Shown piece after piece: positions 31,086 to 39,888 of a stretch of 64,000 nt of DNA. The position numbers were made by a program, and so were the translations under genes. Location: the NCBI GenBank assembly GCA_012517355.1, contig JAAYVD010000110.1, positions 1 through 64,000 of the forward strand. The letters run 5' to 3'. Under the pieces are notes generated by a model. That model saw only the letters and a list, made by a program, of their open reading frames with translations. It made no database searches and was not told the DNA's origin. The DNA comes from Candidatus Rifleibacteriota bacterium. GTDB lineage: Bacteria > Muiribacteriota > Ozemobacteria > Ozemobacterales > Ozemobacteraceae. The number at the start of each line of letters is the position of its first letter. Within the stretch, counting starts at the first letter, position 1.

Positions 31086-31406
31086 GTGGCCGCTCCTTTT
31101 GTCCTGGCCGTTCTCGCGGTCACCTGTTGGCCTTTTCCCGACCCTTTCCGCTGGGCCCTTCTGGCCATCGGCATTTCCGCCCTCTCCCCGTTTTTCAGTT
31201 CCTACGACTTCAGCCATGTGGATGGCCAGGTCGGGTTCGCCCTTCTTCTCTTCCCGGCGATCCATTGGGCCTGTCTGATGTTTCTGATCAGCCTGGGGAT
31301 TGCCGTGGAGCTCTGGAAATTCCTCATGTCCCCCGAGCACCCTCCGGCCAAGAAGTCGAACCTTGCAGGACCGCCGGTCGACCCACCCTCGCCGCAGGGG
31401 AAGTGA
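31086..31406 (+). CDS. small hydrophobic membrane protein, start uncertain, possibly frameshifted
   Basis: The frame is open from 30837 with no ATG. ATGATG at 30922 is in another frame, next to a C7 tract. Confidence 0.3.
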   Translation: MAAPFVLAVLAVTCWPFPDPFRWALLAIGISALSPFFSSYDFSHVDGQVGFALLLFPAIHWACLMFLISLGIAVELWKFLMSPEHPPAKKSNLAGPPVDPPSPQGK

Positions 31407-31537
31407 CCCTGCTAGGGCCGCCTTTCCGGGGGTCGATGGACGGCCGTGGGGGAACATACTCACAGGCGGGACTGGAAGGGCTCTGGCACCTTTCCGGGCC
31501 GGCGTTCCGAGGGGGAACCGGGCGGGCCCCGCCCGGG

Positions 31538-32005
31538 CTACTTGCGCTCCTGGAGCAGGATGGCGCGGAGGGTCTCCCGGTGGGCCGCGGTTGCCCGCTG
31601 GACGGTGTCGAGAAGTTCACGGACCTGGTTGTCTTCCGTCTGGAAGGCCTTGGCGATTTCGCCTTCCAGGAGGGAGTTTTCGGTGTCCATCATGTAGGTC
31701 AGGGCGTAGTTGGAGTTGAGCTTCCGCTCCCGCAATTCCCCGATCTTCTGGCGGATGCCCGCGATCATGACCTGTAGCGTCTGAGGGAAGAACCGCCCGG
31801 GCGAAAAGGCGCCGGGTTTCTCCTGGATGGCCGCCTTCACTTGGGCAAAGATCCTCGCGTGGCCCTCTTCCTGCTTCGCGAGGTCGAGGAATTGTTCCCG
31901 GTAGGAGGGGAACAGGTCCTGGCAGGCCAGGTAGAATTCGGCAAGGGTTTCCTCGTTCTGGATGAACAGGTCGGCGAGCTCGAGAAGTTCCTTCTGGGTG
32001 GCCAT
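31538..32005 (-). CDS. ferritin-like/rubrerythrin-like domain protein
   Basis: Start MATQKELLELADLFIQNEETLAEFY (ATG 32003-32005, AAGGAG ribosome-binding site). Has E...EEGH and E..H-type helical motifs suggesting a di-iron four-helix bundle. Confidence 0.55.
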   Translation of the reverse strand: MATQKELLELADLFIQNEETLAEFYLACQDLFPSYREQFLDLAKQEEGHARIFAQVKAAIQEKPGAFSPGRFFPQTLQVMIAGIRQKIGELRERKLNSNYALTYMMDTENSLLEGEIAKAFQTEDNQVRELLDTVQRATAAHRETLRAILLQERK

Positions 32006-32154
32006 CAGGGTCTCCTTTCGGATGGGACCGGCTGGGAAGGGCGTCGGATTCCATGGTATCACCGGCAAGCGGAGGAAGGAAAGGCGGGTCGACCGCCGGC
32101 CGCGGGCGGTTGAATTCAGCCTCCAGGTGGGGTACCCTGTCGGTGGGGACCGCC

Positions 32155-32958
32155 ATGAAGACAACGGCAATTTCGGGGCTGATGCGGAGCACCCAGGACA
32201 TCGACGAGGCGACCCGGGTCCTGTCCCGGGAGCTGATCGGAGCCCTGGCTGCCCTCGAGGATTCGGCCATCCAACGCCGTCTGCTGAAAGACCTCGTGCA
32301 GCGGTATGTCGCCCTGGAGAAACGCGTCGAGGGGCTCCTGCAGAACACCCTGCCGCCCGCGGTGGCGGAGGAGATCAAGCGGACGGGCGGGTATCCCCCC
32401 CGGTCATTCGAGGGGACCATCCTGTTCACCGACTGCGCGGGGTTCACCCGGCTGGCCGAGAGGATGCCTGCCGAGATGCTCATCCAGCGCCTGCACGATC
32501 TCTTTTCCGGGCTCGACGGGATCGTCCGGGGCGAGGGGGGCACCAAGATCAAGACCATCGGGGATTCCTACATGGCCTTCTTCGGGGCCCCCGATCCTTT
32601 GCCCGACCATGCGGTGCGGGCCGTCCGGGCCGCCCTGGCCTGCCAGGCGTTCCTGCGGACCTTCAACGAGGGACAGCCTCTCCCGATCGAGATGCGGATC
32701 GGCGTTCATTCGGGCCAGGTCATGGGAGGGGTGGTGGGCCATGACCGGATGCAGTTCGACGTGTTCGGCGATGCCGTCAACACCGCTTCCCGGTTCGAGT
32801 CGTCCGGCGAGAAGGGCCGGGTGAACGTGTCGGAGCGCACCTGGGAACAGGCCCGGGAGGAATTCACCTTCGAGCCGCGGGGGGAGATCCCCCTCAAGAA
32901 CAAGGCGCCGATGCGGGCCTTCTTCGTCACCGGACCGCGTCCGGTCGGGAAAGGATGA
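32155..32958 (+). CDS. class III adenylate/guanylate cyclase (CHD domain) with a short N-terminal coiled-coil
   Basis: Start MKTTAISGLMRS (ATG 32155). Cyclase-homology motifs FTDCAGFT, GDSYMAFFG and RIGVHSG. Followed 4 nt later by the MBL-fold gene. Confidence 0.75.
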   Translation: MKTTAISGLMRSTQDIDEATRVLSRELIGALAALEDSAIQRRLLKDLVQRYVALEKRVEGLLQNTLPPAVAEEIKRTGGYPPRSFEGTILFTDCAGFTRLAERMPAEMLIQRLHDLFSGLDGIVRGEGGTKIKTIGDSYMAFFGAPDPLPDHAVRAVRAALACQAFLRTFNEGQPLPIEMRIGVHSGQVMGGVVGHDRMQFDVFGDAVNTASRFESSGEKGRVNVSERTWEQAREEFTFEPRGEIPLKNKAPMRAFFVTGPRPVGKG

Positions 32959-32962
32959 GGCC

Positions 32963-33775
32963 GTGCCCCTGGGCAACCTGAACTATGACCACCCCATCCG
33001 CGTGGCGGAGGGCATCTATTGGGTCGGGGTCCACGAACCGGAGGAGAAGCTGCACTGCAACGCCTACCTGGTCGTCGACGGCGAGCAGGCAGTGGTGATC
33101 GACAGCGGGAGCCGGCCATCCTTCGCCGGTGTGATGATGAAGATCCTCGAGGTCGGGGTGCATCCCGACCAGATCACCGGCCTGATCTACCAGCATTACG
33201 ACCCCGACCTGTGCGGGTCCATCCCCAACTTCCTCGACCTGTGCGGCCATCCAGGACTCCGGATCTATTCCTTCGCCAGCAACAACATCTTCCTGCAGCA
33301 CTATGTGGAGCGGAGCCGGCACTCCCTGCTGGTGGATCTCGAAAGCGTCGGGGAGCGGCTGACCCTGCAGACGCGCAGCCTGCAGACCGTTCCCACCCCC
33401 TATACCCATGCCGCCGGCAGTTTCGTGACCTTCGACGACCTGACGCGGACCCTGTTCACCGGGGACTTGTTCGGAAGTTTTTCCTCCCAGTGGAACCTTT
33501 TCCTGGACCTGAACGAGGAATGCTTCACCTGCACCGAATACCGGAACTGTCCCCGGCATGCCGGGTATTGCCCCATTCCCGAGTTCCTGGAGTTCCACCG
33601 CCGGGTCATGCCCTGCAACAAGGCCCTGCACCGGGCCGTGGACATCGTGAAGGGGCTGGCGGCGGAGATCCTGGCCCCGCAGCACGGCAGCGTCATCCGG
33701 CGGACCAAGGACCTGGCCTTCTGCCTTGCCCAGTTGGGAAAACTTCAGGACGTCGGGGTGGACGGCTTGAAGTAG
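32963..33775 (+). CDS. MBL-fold protein resembling the N-terminal di-iron domain of flavodiiron proteins (ODP-like)
   Basis: GIYWVGV..E...HCNAYLVVDGEQAVVIDSG and a HYDPD motif resemble the FDP/ODP metallo-beta-lactamase-like domain. Confidence 0.6.
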   Translation: MPLGNLNYDHPIRVAEGIYWVGVHEPEEKLHCNAYLVVDGEQAVVIDSGSRPSFAGVMMKILEVGVHPDQITGLIYQHYDPDLCGSIPNFLDLCGHPGLRIYSFASNNIFLQHYVERSRHSLLVDLESVGERLTLQTRSLQTVPTPYTHAAGSFVTFDDLTRTLFTGDLFGSFSSQWNLFLDLNEECFTCTEYRNCPRHAGYCPIPEFLEFHRRVMPCNKALHRAVDIVKGLAAEILAPQHGSVIRRTKDLAFCLAQLGKLQDVGVDGLK

Positions 33776-33898
33776 AGGCGTGGTCTTTCCCCTCCGGGAA
33801 GGGCCGTCACCAGGGAGGGCTTTCCTCCGGCCCCCCCGGGGCGGGGGGAAAGCGGGTGTGCTACACTGGCGGAACCAGAACCTGCCAAGGAGTCGCAC

Positions 33899-35371
33899 AT
33901 GAACGGGCTTTCCGAGCTGTACCGGCCTTCCCTTTCCCTGCTGACCGACCTGTACCAGTTGACCATGGCGTATGGTTACTGGAAGACGGGGACGATGGAA
34001 AAAGAGGCGGTGTTCAACCTGTTTTTCCGCAAGAACCCGTTCCAGGGCGGGTTCACGGTGGCGGCAGGCCTCAGCTACGTGCTCGATTTCGTGCGGAACT
34101 TCCGGTTCGTGGAGGCGGACACCGCGTTCCTGGCGACGCTGAAGGGGAACGACGGCCAGCCGCTGTTCGACGCGGGGTTCCTCGACTACCTCGGCAAGAT
34201 GGCCTTCTCCTGCGACATCGACGCCATCCCCGAAGGGACGGTGGTCTTCCCGCACGAGCCGCTGCTGCGGGTGCAGGGGCCCCTGGTGCAGTGTCAGTTG
34301 CTGGAAACGGCCCTGCTGAACATGATCAACTTCCAGAGCCTGATCGCCACCAAGGCGGCGCGGATCTGCCTCAGCACGCAGGGCGAGCCGGTCCTCGAGT
34401 TCGGGCTGCGGCGGGCGCAGGGCATCGACGGGGCGCTGGCTGCCAGCCGGGCCGCCTACATCGGCGGGGCGTCGGCCACCTCCAACGTGCTGGCCGGCAA
34501 GCTGTTCGGGATCCCCGTGCGGGGCACCCACGCACACAGCTGGGTGATGTCGTTCGACACCGAGCTGGAGAGCTTCCAGCAGTATGCGGCGGCGATGCCC
34601 AACAACTGCGTGTTTTTGGTCGACACCTACGACACGCTCGACGGGGTGCGCAACGCCGTCAAGGTCGGCGCCTGGCTGCGGGAGCGGGGCCACGAGATGA
34701 TCGGGGTGCGGCTCGACTCGGGCGATTTGGCCTACCTCAGCCGCGAGGCGCGCAAGATCCTCGATGGGGGCGGGTTCCCCAAGGCGGCGATCTTCGCCAG
34801 CAACGACCTCGACGAGGACATCATCAGCAGCCTGAAGCAGCAGGGGTCGGCGATCGCGGTGTGGGGCGTCGGCACCAAGCTGGTGACCGGCCACGAGCAG
34901 TCGGCGCTGGGCGGGGTCTACAAGCTGGTGGCCATCCGCCGGCCCGGCCAGCCGTGGGAGTACAAGGTCAAGCTGTCGGAACAGGCGATCAAGGTGTCGA
35001 ACCCCGGCATCCTGCAGGTGCGGCGGTTCAGCGCGGGGGCCGAGTGCATCGGCGATCTGATCTTCGACACCGGTCTCGGGGCGCCGTCCGAACCGGTGAT
35101 GGTCGATCCGATGGACCCGACCCGGCGCAAGAAGATGCCGGCCGGGGCGCCCACCGAGGACCTGCTGGTGCCGGTGGTGCGGCAGGGGAAGGCCGTCATG
35201 AAGACGCCGCCGATGGAGGAGATCCGGGCGCGGACGCTGGCGCAGGTGGCCCGCTTCCATGGAGGGGTCAAGCGGTTCGTGAACCCCCACAGGTATCCCG
35301 TGGGGCTCGAGGTGAAGTTGCACGATTTGAAGACGCGCCTGATCCTGAAGGCGCGCGGTTTCGCCGAGTAG
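33899..35371 (+). CDS. pncB: nicotinate phosphoribosyltransferase
   Basis: 490 aa; N-terminus LTDLYQLTMAYGYWK and central HSWVMSF motif typical of PncB. Confidence 0.9.
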   Translation: MNGLSELYRPSLSLLTDLYQLTMAYGYWKTGTMEKEAVFNLFFRKNPFQGGFTVAAGLSYVLDFVRNFRFVEADTAFLATLKGNDGQPLFDAGFLDYLGKMAFSCDIDAIPEGTVVFPHEPLLRVQGPLVQCQLLETALLNMINFQSLIATKAARICLSTQGEPVLEFGLRRAQGIDGALAASRAAYIGGASATSNVLAGKLFGIPVRGTHAHSWVMSFDTELESFQQYAAAMPNNCVFLVDTYDTLDGVRNAVKVGAWLRERGHEMIGVRLDSGDLAYLSREARKILDGGGFPKAAIFASNDLDEDIISSLKQQGSAIAVWGVGTKLVTGHEQSALGGVYKLVAIRRPGQPWEYKVKLSEQAIKVSNPGILQVRRFSAGAECIGDLIFDTGLGAPSEPVMVDPMDPTRRKKMPAGAPTEDLLVPVVRQGKAVMKTPPMEEIRARTLAQVARFHGGVKRFVNPHRYPVGLEVKLHDLKTRLILKARGFAE

Positions 35372-35395
35372 AAGGGGCGAATCGGGGGTAGAAAA

Positions 35396-35640
35396 ATGAG
35401 GGAGGGAAGGAGCGAGAGAAGGAGGGAGGGAAGGAGCGAGAGAAGGAGCGAGGGAAGGAGCGAGAGAAGGAGCGAGGGAAGGAGCGAGAGAAGGAGCGAG
35501 GGAAGGAGCGAGAGAAGGAGGGAGGGAAGGAGCGAGAGAAGGAGGGAGGGAAGGAACGAGAGAAGGAGGGAGGGAAGGAGCGAGGGAAGGAGCGAGGGAA
35601 GGAACGAGGGACGAGGAAAAGGGGAAGCGGAGAAGATGGG
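35396..35640 (+). repeat. polypurine tandem repeat, 12-bp period (AGGGAAGGAGCG/AGAGAAGGAGCG), about 19 copies
   Basis: The plus strand is purine-only over about 240 bp, with AAGGAG iterated in every unit. Confidence 0.85.
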
Positions 35641-35870
35641 AAATGGGAGAGCGGGAATCTGGACCTTGGCGGAAAAGAGCTTCCAGAATTGATCTCAGGG
35701 GGGGGAGATAGGCTGGGGACCGGAGAGGGAGGGAAAGAAGCGGCAGGGAAAGAGACGGCGCCGGGGTTGCCCACGGCGCGCCGGTTGGTCGCGGATCAGC
35801 GCCGAATGCGCCGGTGGGTTGAGGATCAGCGCAGAATGGTGGAGCAGCGCAGAATGCGCCGGACGATGGG

Positions 35871-36953
35871 TCAGCGCAGGATGAAGATGCGGGCGCCGGC
35901 TTCGGTGCCGACGTAGAGGCGGGTGGTGCCGTCGAGTTCGGGGCGGGCGGCGAGGCAGCGGACCGACTGGGCGGGCAGCAGGTCGGGCGTGTAGAGCAGG
36001 GGTGACAGGCGGCCGTTCTCGTAGACCTGCAGGCCGTTGGTGTGGCCGACCCAGATCCGGTTCTTCTCGAGGCACAGGGTCTTGACCGGCACGGTGGACA
36101 GGCCGTCCTTCATGCCGACCAGCTTCCAGCCCTGGCCGTCGGGGACGACGAACCCCTGGTCGGTGCCGCAGACGACCTTGCCATCCGCGGAGGGGACGAC
36201 CGCCCAGACCGCCTGGTCGGGGAAGGTGCGGCCGTAGACCCACGACTCGAACTCGACCTTGTGGCCACCGTCGGGGTTGAACCGGCACAGGCCGCCGGTC
36301 GAGGCGATCCAAAGCCGGCCGCCGCTCTCGGCGATGCCGTTCACCGATCCCTGCAGCAGGCCGTCCTTGACCTTGAGGCTGCTGAACAGGCGCAAGGTCT
36401 TCGTTCCATAGCCCTCGCCGACGAACCGGTCGATGCCGCGCTCCTCGTAGCCGATCCAGAGGCGGTTCTTGCCATCGACCAGCAGGCAGTTGGCCAGGTC
36501 GGACAGCATTTCGTTGAGGGACGGGTGGAACCGCTGCCATTTCTGGCCGTCGAACTGGAAGACGCCCTGGCCGGCGGCCGGGTTGCGCACGGCGACCCAG
36601 ATCTCGCCCGGGGCGCGGGCGGCGACCGCGACGAACTCCTCGAGCCGGAAGGGGGCGTTCTGCGCATTCCACCAGGTGCCGGTGCCGTCGGGGCGCTCGA
36701 CGAAGAGGCCGGCCGAGGTTCCCCACAGGACGGTCTGCGAGGCGAGGAAGACGGAATCGATGCGGGCTTTGGCCAGTTGCGGATCTCTTGGTACTTGTAC
36801 AGAAAGTCGTGCCTTGATATCGGCCGGCACCTGGGCTTGTACCACGGTGGCCGGGAGCAGGATCGCGCAGACCAGGAACAGGGTCACGGCGGACACCAGG
36901 GGCCAAGCGGCGGGGGTTCGGGGTTGGGCGGGCAGGGGGTGGCGCGGCTGCAT
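35871..36953 (-). CDS. secreted protein with two-component-regulator propeller (Reg_prop) repeats
   Basis: Start MQPRHPLPAQPRTPAAWPLVSAVTLFL (ATG 36951-36953, GGAGGA ribosome-binding site). Repeated ..LWIG/VGT..GL..F-type beta-propeller blades. Confidence 0.65.
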   Translation of the reverse strand: MQPRHPLPAQPRTPAAWPLVSAVTLFLVCAILLPATVVQAQVPADIKARLSVQVPRDPQLAKARIDSVFLASQTVLWGTSAGLFVERPDGTGTWWNAQNAPFRLEEFVAVAARAPGEIWVAVRNPAAGQGVFQFDGQKWQRFHPSLNEMLSDLANCLLVDGKNRLWIGYEERGIDRFVGEGYGTKTLRLFSSLKVKDGLLQGSVNGIAESGGRLWIASTGGLCRFNPDGGHKVEFESWVYGRTFPDQAVWAVVPSADGKVVCGTDQGFVVPDGQGWKLVGMKDGLSTVPVKTLCLEKNRIWVGHTNGLQVYENGRLSPLLYTPDLLPAQSVRCLAARPELDGTTRLYVGTEAGARIFILR

Positions 36954-37029
36954 GGGGTTCCTCCGAAGGGAAGGGGCGCCCCGCCGGGGGCGCCCCTGGA
37001 TCATGGATGGTGGAAGAGGGCCGGGATCA

Positions 37030-39627
37030 CTACTGCTTGATGGTCTGGCTATCGATGCTGCGGTTCTGCAGCTTGGAATCCTGGATGCGGACGTTATAGG
37101 TCAAGGTGCGGGACTGTTTGGGTCCGGAGGGGTTGGTGTACTCGGTCAGGGTGTATTCGACCTGGTACAGCCCGGGCTTGCGGAAGATGTGGTGGAACCG
37201 GTACTGGGGGCTGAACTTGTACGGGTCGCCGGTGTTGGCGCGTTCGATGAAATCCCCGGTCTTGATCTGGCCGGAATCGTCGGCGTATTCGAGGGTCTCG
37301 GGGCCGATGCGGCTGCCCGACTCATCGAGGGCGTAGATGGCCAGGCGCTGCTTGCCGATGCCGCGGAAACTCGCCATCCCGTCGACGTTGTCGTAGCCGC
37401 CGAGGGTGAACTGGACGCGGGTGTCCTCGAAGATGGCCTTCTCGGGATCGGTCTCGGGCAGGAAGGTGACCTGTTCCCGCTTGCCGTTCTTGTCCTGGAC
37501 GAAGAAGTCGTTGGACGACAGGTTGTACTGGCCGCCGAACTCGTTGGCCCCGTAGGCCTTCTCGTTGCCGGTCTTGCGGTCGCGGACGATCAGCTTCTCG
37601 CCGTAGGCCAGGGAGTCGTCACCGGGGACCTGGATGGGGACGTCGACGTTGGTGAGGGGGTTCTGCACCGACATCTGGGGCATGGGCAGCGAGGCCTGGG
37701 CGTCGTCGTGGATGAACACGCCCTCGCGGGTGTTGACGGTGGAGGGGTTGACGGTGGTCATGTTGCCGCAGCAGTCGGCCAGCACGACCTGCAGGATCTG
37801 CTTGGAGGTGAACAGGTCGGTGCTGCAGGAATCGCAGGCGGCCTGGGTGAAGTGCTTGGGCAGGATCAGGCGCTTCTCGGCGAGGATCCATTTCCCCTTC
37901 TTGATGGGCACGCCCTGCTTGTCGGCGACCCATTCCTGGTGCACCTGGGGATTGTTCTTTTCGAGGGTCTGGGGGCCGACGCAGTAGGAACCGAGGTTGG
38001 GGTCATACCCCGCGGGGGCGAACCGGAAGAAGGTGCGGTCGGCGCGGATGCCGAACGCGTCGGGGCGGGTGATGGCCTGTTCGAGGGCGGCGAGGGCGGC
38101 GAGGCCGCGGGCGGCGCCGGCGGTTTTGCGGGTGCGCAGGTCATCGCGCAGGGCGTGGAAGTAGGTGCACTTGGCCAGGCTGCCGGTGGTCCAGGCTTCG
38201 TTCAGCTGCTCGGTGATGCGCTTGGAGTTCTTGCCCTTGCCGTCGAGGCCGAGGGTGACGAAGACGACGCCCATCTCCCAGTCGGGGATGCTGTTGGACA
38301 GCCAGGCGTTGCCGTAGCGTTCGCTGACGTATTCGATGATCTCCTTGGGTTCCTTGGCGCGCCAGTAGGGATGGCCCTCGCTGTACCAGTCGAGTTCGCG
38401 GTCGCGCTGGGCGGCGCAGGTGTAGGGTCCGAACTCGTAGTTGGAGGCGAGGTAGAAGAAGTAGAGATAGGGCTGGGAGCGGGTCTCGTGGGTCGAGTCC
38501 TCGCCGTAGAAGGGGTTCTCGACCTTGTAGATGTCGCCGTTGGCCACGTAGTATTTGAGCTTGGCCTGCATCTGGTCGGATTCCTGCTTGGCGTTGATGT
38601 TGTCGTCCTCGTAGTCGATGACGACGCCGCCCTTGATGAAGCCGCCGACCGTGCCTTCGTAGGTGGCGCCCTTGGAGGCCAGGGGGCTGCCGGACGGTTT
38701 CCGATAGTCCTCGACGTAGCACAGGGCATAGGAGGAGAAGTCGCCGAGGGTCCAGATCTTGGCCAGGTGCTTGGGAACCGGGTTGATGACCTTGCCGGGG
38801 ATCCAGGCGTCGGCATCGATCGGGGTGTCGAGGGTGACGGTGCTGGTGACCTCGGTCTCGGGGTCGGCGAGGTCGGCGGTGGCGGAGTTGCCGGTGGGGT
38901 AGCCGGGGCCGTCGGAGCTGGCCGGGGTGACCTCGGCCCGTTCGTAGGTCAGGGTCATGCCGACCTGCTGCAGAATGGTGGACTCGGCGACCTGGGTGTT
39001 GCCGGTGATGCCCGAGTCATACGCGGTGGTGTGGCGGTTGGGGAAGCACTTCTTCTCGACGAGGTCGTCGGCGGTGGCCTTGTCCTCGGCGAACTTCTGG
39101 ATGAAGGGCAGCACCTCGCTCTCGAGGAGGGCCTGCCGGTAGAAGGGGGTCCAGGTGGTGGGGCCGGACTTGCCGGGCAGGTTGCCGCCCTGGGCTTCGT
39201 CAGCGGGGCTCTGCTCGAATTTCCATTCGTATTTCACCTGGCGGTAGGCGTAGAACTTGCCGGTAGCGACCTCCCTGACCAGATAAGGGTACTTGTCCCG
39301 GGTGGCGCCGATGTTGCGGTAGATCTTGGCCTTGGTGCCGTCGAGGTTGTTGGCCCGGTCGCGGACGACGGGAGGGGGTTCCATCCAGGGGCACCACACG
39401 CCCACCGAGGCCTTGGGCTCGTGGGTCATGCGGGCGGGGCGGCGGACCTCGTTGGTCTCGACCGACATCCCGGAGATCAGGGAGATGGTGGTGGGCAGGA
39501 ACTTGTCATCCTCGGCGAGGCCCGACACGTCGGTGGCGCGGGCGATCCCCGTCCACAGGACGACCAGGGCCAGGGCCGCCAGGGCCACGACCAGACGGGG
39601 GCAAGACCGGATTCTCCATCCTGACAT
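37030..39627 (-). CDS. large secreted hypothetical protein
   Basis: Start MSGWRIRSCPRLVVALAALALVVLW (ATG 39625-39627, GAGGAGGA ribosome-binding site). 866 aa, Cys pairs, no recognised family. Confidence 0.65.
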   Translation of the reverse strand: MSGWRIRSCPRLVVALAALALVVLWTGIARATDVSGLAEDDKFLPTTISLISGMSVETNEVRRPARMTHEPKASVGVWCPWMEPPPVVRDRANNLDGTKAKIYRNIGATRDKYPYLVREVATGKFYAYRQVKYEWKFEQSPADEAQGGNLPGKSGPTTWTPFYRQALLESEVLPFIQKFAEDKATADDLVEKKCFPNRHTTAYDSGITGNTQVAESTILQQVGMTLTYERAEVTPASSDGPGYPTGNSATADLADPETEVTSTVTLDTPIDADAWIPGKVINPVPKHLAKIWTLGDFSSYALCYVEDYRKPSGSPLASKGATYEGTVGGFIKGGVVIDYEDDNINAKQESDQMQAKLKYYVANGDIYKVENPFYGEDSTHETRSQPYLYFFYLASNYEFGPYTCAAQRDRELDWYSEGHPYWRAKEPKEIIEYVSERYGNAWLSNSIPDWEMGVVFVTLGLDGKGKNSKRITEQLNEAWTTGSLAKCTYFHALRDDLRTRKTAGAARGLAALAALEQAITRPDAFGIRADRTFFRFAPAGYDPNLGSYCVGPQTLEKNNPQVHQEWVADKQGVPIKKGKWILAEKRLILPKHFTQAACDSCSTDLFTSKQILQVVLADCCGNMTTVNPSTVNTREGVFIHDDAQASLPMPQMSVQNPLTNVDVPIQVPGDDSLAYGEKLIVRDRKTGNEKAYGANEFGGQYNLSSNDFFVQDKNGKREQVTFLPETDPEKAIFEDTRVQFTLGGYDNVDGMASFRGIGKQRLAIYALDESGSRIGPETLEYADDSGQIKTGDFIERANTGDPYKFSPQYRFHHIFRKPGLYQVEYTLTEYTNPSGPKQSRTLTYNVRIQDSKLQNRSIDSQTIKQ

Positions 39628-39732
39628 TGACTTCCTCCTCAGTTTCACTGCTCGTATGAGCTATCCCTGTTGACCATTATGGAACATGGGGGCATTTCGT
39701 TTCAACCTGGACGAGGCTGGATTCCCAAGCGG

Positions 39733-39796
39733 CGTGGAACAGGGGTTTCGCGCCGGCATTCCTGGCGACAAAGGGGTGGGCCGACGTCGTGTCGGC
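39733..39796 (+). repeat. repeat family A copy (degenerate)
   Basis: GGTTTCGCGCC..GGCATTCCTGGCGACAAAGGGGTGGGCCGACGTCGTGTCGGCC matches the family A consensus. Confidence 0.55.
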
Positions 39797-39888
39797 CTGT
39801 CCCCGTGAGAGGCGGGGAACGACTGGGTCGCGCCGTCTCCGTGGGCAAGGGGGCCCTTTGGCCAATCGGCCGGCCGGATCGCCACGCA

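Noticed and set aside
30502-31278. 258-aa plus-strand ORF overlapping the small membrane-protein frame
   Set aside because: Mostly Pro/Ser/Arg-rich with no hydrophobic core. Only its first codons (ATGATG at 30922) are plausibly used, as a start that frameshifts into the hydrophobic frame.
35396-35692. ORF 35396-35692 encoding (EGRSERR)n and the antisense ORF 35268-35774 encoding (SFPRSF)n
   Set aside because: These are translation artifacts of the 12-bp polypurine tandem repeat. They are better explained as a noncoding simple-sequence tract.
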